Of a DNA stretch of 64,000 bases, positions 1-9,669 are shown piece by piece; positions within the stretch are counted from its first letter, which is position 1; the number at the start of each line of letters is the position of its first letter. This DNA comes from Somniosus microcephalus (Eukaryota). The notes below the pieces were generated by a model, which was not told the DNA's origin, searched no databases, and worked only from the letters and a program-made list of their open reading frames with translations. The position numbers and the translations under genes were made by a program. The DNA lies in NCBI GenBank assembly GCA_052327205.1, contig CM126212.1:204910001-204974000 (forward strand). Reading direction: 5' to 3'.

Positions 1-530
1 TCTGATCTCTGATCCTGGGTGGGGGTCCGATTTCAGGGGGGCGGTGGGTGGGGGGTCTGATCCCCGATCCTGGATGGGGATCCGATCCCGGGGGGGTGGG
101 GTCTGATCCCCGATCCTGGGTGGGGGTCCGATCCCGGGGGAGGATCTGATTCCCGATCCTGGGGGGGGGGAATGGGGCAGGGTTTGTATGGGGGGCTGGT
201 GGTGGGGGAGCTTGGGAGGAAGCACTCCTGCTCCACTCAGCCCACAAGCATTGCTCCACGACGCTGTCCTTCCCTCGCTGCAGCGAGGAACCCCGGCCGG
301 CTACAGTTAAATCTGCAAAGCAGGTTAAATCCGAGGCTTCCAGCCTCATTACCATATTTAAAGTGCAAACCCGCCTCCTGGGAGCGGATTCGCTGCCCGC
401 CCCCGTCACGCCTGCATCAAAACCGCAAGAGGGCAGTTTGGAGGTGGACCGGGGTCGGGATTCAGATTTTTAATACTTTAACCTCCCACCCAACCCAAAC
501 TTGCCTGTTTTTTGGGGTTAAAATTCCCCC
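1..530. mobile_element. Right part of a GC-rich Harbinger-type non-autonomous element
   Basis: Degenerate tandem gatcctgggtgggggtccgat units; terminus ggggttaaaattccccc like other elements in the window. Confidence 0.5.
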
Positions 531-583
531 TTCTGTTTCTCTCTCCACAGATGCTGCCTGACCTGCAGTTTCTGCTTTTATTT
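531..583 (+). mobile_element. Penelope-like terminal fragment
   Basis: tctgtttctctctccacagatgctgcctgacctg is also found at the ends of the Penelope copies (59581, 60481). Confidence 0.55.
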
Positions 584-837
584 TAAATTAGTAAGTAATG
601 TTGAACCTGTTCCAACTGCTGTCTTGAATCAGGAACCCATATTTCAAGATATTCTAAGTAAACATCTGTGCTTGCCACCACTCTACTAGTTCAGTTCTTT
701 AACTGCCTCCTAATTATAGTTGACAACTGATTAAGAGGATTTGTTGTTTTCCCTTTTCATTAGCTGGCTTGCTGTGCGGGAGATATAACCCACATTTTAG
801 ACCACAGACTGAAAACAGCAAAATTGTGACTAAACCA

Positions 838-1090
838 GGAGGGAAGAGAAGTGAAAGTGGGAGTATAAAGGGAAGTGAGAGAAGGGAAATTACAAGAGGC
901 CAAGGGGAGGATAAAGGGGAAGAGGGTAAAGGGAATGGCAGAGGAGGCGGGGAAGTGAGAGTTAAGAGGAGAAGGAAAAGGAAATGGAAAGCGTGGGTGG
1001 GAAAGAGACAGATGGAAGAGACATGGGGTGAGGGAAGGAATACGAGGGAGGGGAGAGAGTGGAGGGAAGGGGAGAAACTAGGATGGGGAA
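838..1090 (+). repeat. Purine-rich low-complexity tract
   Basis: Almost entirely G/A. Confidence 0.75.
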
Positions 1091-1209
1091 GCTTACATCC
1101 TCATGGTTGGATCACTGTGGAGTTTCGCATTGTGTATTCAACATTTTCAGATCTAATGAAAGAGAAGGAACACTCCTTGTTTGAATATTTTGGCCAGAAT
1201 TTTCCCTAC

Positions 1210-1471
1210 TGTAATGATCAATAACATGTCATTCTATAGTGGACACTAGGTGGAGCCGTAGAGCTGTGTAGAGCTGTATATAAGACTACACTACCCAGCT
1301 GTATATATATTAAGACTACATTACCCATGAGGCACTAGGCTACCCACAAGGCAACAGTCAAGATGGAAGCCTCTACAGATACAGTACCCAGTCCACATGT
1401 GCTCAATAAAGTAACTAGCAAAAGCTAGCTGTGTTCATAATAAGAATGTCTATTTATTAATGAACATAACA
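1210..1471 (+). repeat. 5' LTR of Gypsy element 1
   Basis: TGTAA...AACA ends; direct repeat of 3523-3784; contains TATA-like tracts and AATAAA. Confidence 0.95.
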
Positions 1472-1485
1472 TGGTACCAGGGTGG
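1472..1485 (+). promoter_or_regulatory. Primer-binding site, probably tRNA-Leu(TAA)
   Basis: TGGTACCAGGGTGG immediately after the LTR; resembles the complement of the tRNA-Leu(TAA) 3' end (TGGTACCAGGAGTGG). Confidence 0.7.
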
Positions 1486-1516
1486 TGAAGATCTGCTGAA
1501 AATTGTGAAAAGCGAC

Positions 1517-3328
1517 ATGGAGAATTTGAAGCCACCAGAGCGTTTGAATCGCGAGGGAAATGTCGACTACAATTGGCGGATTTTTAAACAACAATTCGAA
1601 CTCTACATTGCAGCCATCGGATTCGGTACGAAGCCAGACACAAGGAAGATAGCATTGCTGCTTACGGTTGCAGGCCCACAGGTGATAGAGGTATTTAATA
1701 CATTTGTATTTAATCCAGAGGAGAAAAGAGAAAAATTAGAAGATGTGCTAAAATAATTTGATGCACATTGCTCTCCCAAAAAGAATGAGACCTATGAAAG
1801 ATACATCTTCTGTTCTCGGACACAGCAGCAAAATGAGACTCTTGATAGCTTTATAACAGATCTGAAACTGAAAGCACAGACATGTAATTTCTCTAGGCTC
1901 AAAGCATCCATGATTCGTGACCAGATTGTGTTTGGTATTCATGATAAAAAAGTCAGGGAACGTCTGTTGAGAGAAACCGAACTAAATTTGGAAAATGCGG
2001 TGAAAATATGCCAAGCCAGCGAGCTAGCTCGAAAGCACGCGAAGACTTTCAGTGAAATCAATAATGATGCGATTGTAATGAGTGATAATGCTGCTGTCGG
2101 TGCTGTGTCCTACAAGGGGAAGAAACGTGGGCAGAACAGAAATGAAAAGCAATCGGAGGATGACATTTTTAATTGTAAACGCTGTGGTTACAAACACCAG
2201 TTAAGACAATGCCCAGCATTTGGAAAAATGTGCACAAAGTGTAATGGAAAGAATCACTTTGCCAAACAATGCTTTTCAAAAGTAAAAACAACGAAAGGGC
2301 AACAAGTTAATGTGATTGAGGACACTGATTTAAGTGAGACATTTTTTGTAGGAATGGTGTCATGTGACAATATCAAAAAGGATACAGAAAATGTGCAGCC
2401 CTCAGAAATGGACAATGCTGAACATAAAGTTAATGCAGTAAAAGAGGACAAATGGATGATCCCACTGCAGGTAAATGGAGCATTAGTTACAATGAAACTG
2501 GACACTGGGGCAAAAGCAAACTTAATCAGTATGAGTGACATTAACAATATGAAAGAAAAGCCCAAAATACAGAAAAAGTCAGTACTACTGAAGGACTATA
2601 ATGGACAGAAAATAGATAGCTTAGGTGTATGCAGACTTAAAGTGACAGTCAAAGACAAAGTGCATCATCTCATGTTTTCTGTTGTGGCTGAAAGACTTGA
2701 TTCGATACTAGGTGACAAAGCTTGTGAAGACTTAGAACTGGTCAAGAGAGTCTACCGTATAAACTGTGCCATAAGCAGACCAGATGACTCAGGTGATGAA
2801 GCAGAGAGCCCATCAAGGATGAAAAGGCCAAAGGGTATCCATGTCTTCAAAAAGCCTAGTTTCTCCAAGAAGAAAGAAAAAGACTTTAAGGTCAAAGAGA
2901 AGCCAAAGGAAGAAAAGCACAAAGAGGAAAAACACAAGGAGAAAAAGTCCAAAGATATAACCGCAGCAGATGTTGTTAAGCAGTGGAAAGAGAAAAAGAA
3001 AAAGAAGAAGCCTGCACCAGAGCAGGAAGCAGTTCCGGTGGATACTCCTTCTTCCCTCAGGCCAATCTTTGGTGTTCCATTAGCCGAGGCTGCTGAGAGG
3101 ACTATGCTGTATGATGGGATCCAGCTGCCAGCAGTTTTTCGAGAGTGCATTGACTACATTGAGAGTTATGGCATGAAGAGTGAAGGAAACACTGAAACCC
3201 TCTCCAAGCAAAGATCGCAAGGAGACCTCGATCTATACAAGAGCAGATTGATGACAATGCCGCAACTGCATCTTGTAATTCACCGCCAGAACAATCTCAT
3301 GAAGACACATCAGACTTACCCGTGTTGA
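1517..3328 (+). pseudogene. Gag-zinc knuckle-aspartic protease::RALBP1 chimeric ORF with one in-frame stop (1754-1756)
   Basis: ATG 1517. ORFs 1460-1756 and 1910-3328 share a frame and are joined by the open sequence FDAHCSPKKNETYERYIF. Double knuckle (CKRCGYKH...C, CTKCNGKNHFAKQC), protease motif LDTGA, then the RALBP1 segment. Confidence 0.9.
2789..3187 (+). pseudogene. RALBP1: Captured RALBP1 (RLIP76) coding fragment: Lys-rich region plus start of the RhoGAP domain
   Basis: SGDEAESPSRMKRPKGIHVFKKPSFSKKKEKDFKVKEKPKEEKHK...TAADVVKQWKEKKKKKKP...IFGVPL...YDGIQLPAVFRECIDYIESYGMKSEG is collinear with vertebrate RALBP1 as I recall it. Confidence 0.92.
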
Positions 3329-3375
3329 GAAGATCCACACGTGAAGTAAAAAAGCCTGATAGACTTAATCTTTGA
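3196..3375 (+). pseudogene. Residual C-terminal tail of Gypsy pol, out of frame with the chimeric ORF
   Basis: Ends LRRSTREVKKPDRLNL*, the usual RxSxRxxKxPxRL integrase-tail motif (compare RKSSRHVKPPERLIEQI in element 2). Confidence 0.7.
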
Positions 3376-3522
3376 GTACAATATAAAGCTTTGAAAATGT
3401 GTTGACTGTTTTGAAAATGTTTATGTTTATAGAGCACTAACAAAAGTGTTACTGATATTATCTTTATTGTCTTCTTGAAAGTTGATTGATATTGATTTTG
3501 TTAAAACTCAAAGAAAGGGGGA

Positions 3523-3784
3523 TGTAACGATCAATAACATGTCATTCTATAGTGGACATTAGGTGGAGCCGTAGAGCTGTGTAGAGCAGTATATAAGACT
3601 ACACTACCCAGCTGTATATATATTAAGACTACATTACCCATGAGGCACTAGGCTACCCACAAGGCAACAGTCAAGATGGAAGCCTCTACAGATACAGTAC
3701 CCAGTCCACATGTGCTCAATAAAGTAACTAGCAAAAGCTAGCTGTGTTCATAATAAGAATGTCTATTTATTAATGAACATAAGA
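3523..3784 (+). repeat. 3' LTR of Gypsy element 1
   Basis: Preceded by the polypurine tract aaagaaaggggga (3510-3522). Ends ...AAGA (terminal CA mutated), followed by the TSD. Confidence 0.95.
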
Positions 3785-4007
3785 CCTACCTGGGTGGGTC
3801 CGGTGCCATGGTGGGTTGTGACCCTGTTGCTGGCACCATCCTGCTCCACAGAACGACTTTACGTTAATAGGGCCTATTAAACCCTACCTACGCGTTAACC
3901 TGTCCAATTAAATGCTGCGGGCCTGGTGACGTCATTTATGACGCGTTTTCAGCCAGGATCTTTAAAGGGGCCATGGCCACATTACATTTGGAGTTTAATC
4001 TAACCTA

Positions 4008-5383
4008 GTGCTGTCAGTGCACTACAGCATTGGAGTGCTGCAAACACTGATGCTTATGGAGGGAGTCAGAGCATGCAGAGAGGTCCTCTTCCCTTCCAAT
4101 GGGCAGAAGAGACCTCCCCAGGAGACTAAAACAGCCTGTTTGGAGATTGCAGAGGAGGTCACCAGCAGTGATGTGGTTAGGAGGTGGTTGCAGTGCTGCA
4201 AATGTTTCAATGCTCTCATTAGATCAGGAAAGGTGAGCACAAAGCCACACTCAGCTTCATTCTGCTGTGCCTCTCATCACATCCCCATCATTCTGCCTTC
4301 CCAACCTTACTCCTGCACATCCTTACTCACACCAAAATACCTTGCATGTCCCCCCATCCCTGTCTCTCTATCTACATTATCACATCCCCATCTCACTAGC
4401 TACCCCTCACACTCACCCTCATCCTACTGCAATCATACCAACTAACAACACACAAGGAGGCCACTTGGCTTTGGCATCCCACTCCATCTAAAGATTTAGC
4501 CCATCCATTCCTTAGACTCACTCAACCTTCTCTTCTTTCCCCCCTTGCAGGAAAAGAGAGCCCACAATAAGAGGGAGAAGGGGAGAACCGGCGGTGGCCC
4601 TCCATCATTTGCAAACCCTACAACAGCAGAGGAGGCTGCTTTACAAATATCTGGAGTCACCGAGCAGCTGGAGGTGGGAGACGGAGAGAGGGGGACATCT
4701 CAGCAACCTGATGACAAAATTACATCTCATACAGCCACACGGCATACATCAGCCACTCATATGGGGACTGACTGATGTCAGCAGCCAGTGAATGGTTATC
4801 ATGTGCATAATGGTATCTGTACCCATTCTTCATATGACATATCTAACTCATCTCTTTACTCTCCCACAGGTCTATCAAGATGCACCCCCCCAACTGTCCA
4901 GGAGGAAGAAGAAGATGAGGACCCTCCAGCCTCTGAGGGTGGACCATCACCAGACGTAAGCGCACCCAGCACCAGTGCAGAAACGCACACCTGGATGGGT
5001 CCCACACAAGATAGAGTAGTGTTGTCACCTGGTGTCTCACGACTCACAAGTGAGCAAGAGCAGATGGTGGAGACAGGGACAGCAGTGGAGAGACCTCACC
5101 GGAGGGCGCAGATGCTGAGCCTCGGGGGCCATCCAGAAAGAGGGCAATCCTGGAGGTGCAGCAAGAAGTGCACAGGGCTCTGACAGGTTTTGCGAGTGCC
5201 ATGTCTGCAAATGTTCAGAGAATGGAGGAGTCCATCTCCAACTTGAGCAGCACTGTGTTGCAGGCGATGGTGACTGCAGGCTCTTCCATGGATAGGATGG
5301 CCACCTACATGGGGCAGCTAATGTACCACTCACAGCAGCACATGGTCTCTATGGAGAATAGATGGCTATCTATGGAGGATTGA
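4008..5383 (+). pseudogene. Harbinger Myb/SANT-like DNA-binding gene (spliced, decayed)
   Basis: LMEGVRACREVLFP...WLQCCKCFNALIRSGK|gtgag; next exon after ttgcag EKRAHNKREKGRTGGGPP; further acceptor ccacag near 4869; Met-rich coiled-coil C-terminus. Confidence 0.7.
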
Positions 5384-6302
5384 TGGCTATCTATGGAGAA
5401 TAGATGGCAGAGGCTCATAGACCTCCTCTCTAGGAGGGATGTCAGCGTAGACGTGGGTCCTCATGGCCCCACTGATGTGCAGCAAGGTGCTCTCCAGCTC
5501 CTTGGCAGCAGGGAAGTGAGTAGGCTGCCTCTACCTCTGCTGAAGCCACAGAGTTAGCACCTCATGGAAGTACGTGGAAGAGAAAGTTGACACACAAGTA
5601 GATTCATAAGGGTAGCCACTTGGGTGTTTTATTCAATGTTTATGTAAAGTTTCCGTTAATGTGCTGTCAAACATAAAAATCTTTATTTTCAACACTTTCT
5701 GGTCTTGGACAGATTTGTGTACACATTTGGAAGTGGCTTAGTGAGTTGCAGTGAATGGTGAGACATAATGGAATCTCTAGCAATGGTGATGAGTGTGAAA
5801 GGAATGGCTTGGTCATTGTAGGGAAGCTTTATGGTGTTGGTGTGGGGTGGTGCCAACCTGGCGCATCATGTGGCAGCCATATGAGTGTACAGCATCAAGT
5901 TAAGTAAATCTAGCCATGATGAGGCTATCCTGGGCCGCAATGTGCTCGGGTGCTGATGCTGTGTCCTGTGTAGCATCAGGTGATTGTGGAGAAGGATGGT
6001 GGTATTGTTGTTGGTGCTGCTGGTGTGTCCAGTGCTGCTGGTGTTGGGGCTCATCGTGGTGAGATTCTGAGGACCAAGGTGAAATAGTATAAACGGCACC
6101 CATGCTGATGGAATAGACGGCAGGTGAAGTAGAGCTGACAGAAGCAACCTGTCAATGGTGAGAGAGTTCTTCCATTGAGGTGACACTGGATGGAGACTTT
6201 GCTGGATAGACTTGCAGCCTACAGAATCTATGCTGGGAATGCAGTGAGCAACAGCTTCTGCCTGAGGAAGGTGATCAGCTGTCAGGTGGGAGCTTTTATA
6301 GT

Positions 6303-8037
6303 ACATAGAAACATAGAAGATAGGAGCAGGAATAGGCCATTCGGCCCTTCGAGCCTGCTCCGCCATTCAATGTGATCATGGCTGATCATCCAAATTCAGT
6401 ACCCTGTCCCTGCCTTTTCCCCATATCCCTTGATCCCTTTAGCCTTAAGAAATATATCCAACTCTTTCTTGAATATATTTAATGAACTAGCCTCCACCGC
6501 CCTCTGTGGCAGAGAATTCCACAGGTTCACCACTCTCTGGGTGAAGAAATTCCTCCTCATTTCAGCCCTAAATGGCTTACCCCTTATCCTTAGACTATGA
6601 CCCCTGGTTCTGGACTCCCCGGCCATCAGAAACATCCTTCCTGCATCTAGTCTGTCCAGACCTGACAGAATTTTACAGGTTCCGATGAGATCCCCTCTCA
6701 ATCTTCTAAACTCCAGTGAGTATAAGCCCAATCGACACAATCTCTCCTCATACGTCATTCCTGCCATCCCAGGTATCAGCCTGGTGAATCTTCGCTGCAC
6801 TCCCTCCATGGCAAGAACGTCCTTCCTCAGGTAAGGTGACCAAAACTGCACACAATACTCAAGGTGCGGTCTCATCAAGGCCCTGTACAACTGTAGCAAG
6901 ACATCCTTGTTCCTGTACTCGAACCCTCTTGCTACGAAGGCCAACATACCATTTGCCTTCTTAACCGCCTGCTGCACCTGCATGCTTACCTTCAGCGACT
7001 GGTGCACAAGGACACCCAGGTCTCTTTGCACTTCCCCTTCTCCCAATCTATTGCCATTCAAATAATAATCTGCCTTCCTGTTTTTGCCACCAAAGTGGAT
7101 AACCTCACATTTATCCACATTATAGTGCATTTGCCATGTTTCTGCCCAATCACCCAACCTGTCCAAATCGTACTGGAGTTTCCCGACATCCTCCTCGCAG
7201 CTTACCCTCCCGCCCAGCTTTGTGTCGTCTGCAAATTTGGAGATATTACATCCAATTCCCTCGTCCAGATCATTAATATATATTGTGAACAGCTGGGGTC
7301 CTAGGACCGATCCTTGCGGTACCCCACTAGTCACTGCCTGCCACTCGGAAAACGACCCGTTTATTCCAACTCTTTGCTTTCTGTCCGCCAACCAGTTCTC
7401 TATCCAAGTCAATACCTTGCCCCCAATCCCATGTTCCTTAATTTTGCATGCTAATCTCTTATGTGGGACCTTATTGAAAGCCTTCTGAAAGTCCAAATAC
7501 ACCACATCCACTGGTTCTCCCTTATCTATTTTACCAGTTACATCCTCAAAAAATTCCAGTAGATTAGTCAAGCATGATTTACCTTTTGTAAATCCATGTT
7601 GACTTTGTCCGATCCTGTCACTGCTTTCCAAGTGCTCTGCTATTACATCTTTTATAATAGACTCTAGCATTTTCCCCACTACCGATGTCAGGCTTACCGG
7701 TCTATAATTCCCCGCTTTTTCTCTACCACCTTTTTTGAATAGTGGGGTAACATTAGCTACCCTCCAATCCATGGGTACCGTTCCAGAGTCTATCGAGTTC
7801 TGGAAGATGACCAGTAATGCATCTACTATCTCTAGGGCCACTTCCTTAAGTACCCTGGGATGTAGACCATCAGGCCCTGGGGATTTATCGGCCTTCAGTC
7901 CCATCAATTTTCCTAACACCATTTTCCTACAAATACTGATTTCTTTCAGTTCCTCTCTTTCATCAGACCCTATGTTCCCCGGCATCTCTGGGAGGTTATT
8001 TGTGTCCTCCTTTGTGAAGACAGAACCAAAGTATGTA
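6303..8037 (-). mobile_element. CR1 LINE, 5'-truncated, RT ORF open (6396-7985)
   Basis: GVPQGSVLGP and FADD RT motifs; (tttctatg)n tail; near-identical to 38463-40196. Confidence 0.95.
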
Positions 8038-8539
8038 TGCTGTCAAGTAATCAGCTGGAGCAATGGCCACTCAACTCCCGCTTCAGGTTGACAGACGTGG
8101 TGAGCTGCATGAATCCCATGGCCATGCTGGGAAATTTGAAATGTGGGGGGCGGGGTTGGGGGTGGGGAGTGAAAGGCTCTTAATTGTCTGGAAACAAGAT
8201 TATAATGATTTGAATTAAGTCGCCTCTGCCGGTCGGGTCGCTGTTACACTGGCAAACATGCCTAAGGGAAAGGCACGTGGGGGCGAGATGACGGCGGCTT
8301 CCTGACCCGCTCCCGCTTTTTTCAAATGTCCCACCCGACCCGCCACCATTCCCACCCGCACGGACCCCAGAAACTCCCGGCCTTTGTATCCATTTTTTAT
8401 TTGTTTGAAATTCTGAATTTGCTCTGCTCGGCTAATGCTTCTTAAGTTTTTGCTGTGTTACCAATATTTGTTGCTTAATATTTAAGATGACAGTTTTACA
8501 CTTTTCATAAAAGGAAACCCCAAATGAACAATATCTTAC

Positions 8540-8819
8540 TTTAACTGAGGATGGGGTTGTGACTGTTGCTGAGGAGTCTTCGGCTGCGATTTGAGCACCT
8601 TCTGCTCAGGTTGCCCCTTCAGCGGTTGACCTTGTGGACTCTGGGTTTGCAAAGTAGGCTGTGGTTGTTGCATTGCTTGGCTTGGCTGCCTTTGTTGCTC
8701 AGTTGGGGGGCCAGTGGGACGCAGACCTCCTTGTGGACGCGGCCCCTCAGGAGAAGCATGATGTTGCAGCAGTGGATCTTGGCTTTGTGGATGTGGTCCT
8801 TGGGGTTGTGTTGGGCCCC
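8540..8819 (-). CDS. SYN2: Synapsin IIa-specific Pro/Gln-rich exon, 280 nt
   Basis: Acceptor aacatag, donor AA|GTAAGA. Phase fits the upstream exon (PQG-GPTQPQG). Ends QPHPQL(N), which leads into domain E (KSQSLTN); that exon is not found in the window. Confidence 0.9.
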
Positions 8820-9669
8820 CTATGTTCAGCACAAGAAATACTAAATAATGTTACATTGATAGGAATTCCTTATTCACTTTGAAATCCAGCGCTTCCTTAC
8901 TAGAAAATTAAAAGGGGGTATTTATATGTATTTTGGTGGTCTTCACAAATGTGACATTTTATGTGATCATTTTAATATTTTAGATCAATGGCTACATTGA
9001 TTCCTAAAGTCATAATTGTAAGCAGTGACGCAGGCCTTTCTCACTAATAAAATACAACCTTGCTTTTGAAGGCAATACCAGTGTTAGAATAGTTTTACAC
9101 AGGAGCTATAGTACTTTATAAGTAAACAGTACATGGAGATAATATACTAGGTCGCTGAAAGCAAAAACAATAGAAAAATCCAAAGGAGACAGATAAACAA
9201 CAAGGTTAGAGTAAGCAATATGGTAGGTGCCACAAGAAAATTGAGCAGAACATTTACAAAACTTCAGGAAAGCTATGTTGCTAACATAGCACATAAACCC
9301 TATTTACATTAAATCACCAGGTAATGGCAAGTTTGCTGTTGAGCAGTCTATTGACCATTTTACCGCCTTTATAAATTAATTCTTTGAAGTAACCCGTGTA
9401 ATGAAATAGGGTGGTTCATTCACTGCTTAATTGTCAAGATCAATATGTTTTTCAACAAACTTTAAGAACTTTTTAGTCAAATGAAATTTTGTTTTACACT
9501 TAGTGGATTTGGTAAGTCATAGAAAACTAATAAACTATTATAATTGACAGAATTTATTTGTGACAGATTATCAGTTATATTTACTTATTTCATGCTTACA
9601 CCAGTTGTTGGGAAATTGAAAAATTAGTTAATATGCTAATCCTTGTCAAGAAATCTTTTGATTATACAA

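Larger units (their letters stand above)
1210..3784 (+). mobile_element. Non-autonomous Gypsy LTR retrotransposon carrying a captured RALBP1 fragment
   Basis: 262-bp LTRs 1210-1471 and 3523-3784 (4 mismatches by eye), 5-bp TSD CCTAC (1205-1209, 3785-3789), PBS after the 5' LTR, PPT before the 3' LTR. Confidence 0.95.
1192..8382. mobile_element. PIF/Harbinger-derived element, interrupted by Gypsy element 1 and by a CR1
   Basis: Degenerate TIRs (ggccagaattttc / gaaactcccggcc) with ttt on both flanks. Spliced Myb/SANT-like gene on + and a convergent, deleted nuclease remnant on -. Confidence 0.7.

Noticed and set aside
769-1224. 151-aa G/E/K/R-rich ORF
   Set aside because: Product of a purine-rich low-complexity tract running into the LTR.
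2789-3187. RALBP1 segment as an exon of a real RALBP1 gene at this locus
   Set aside because: It lies between paired LTRs with a TSD, is fused to protease, ends mid-domain and has no other RALBP1 exons nearby.
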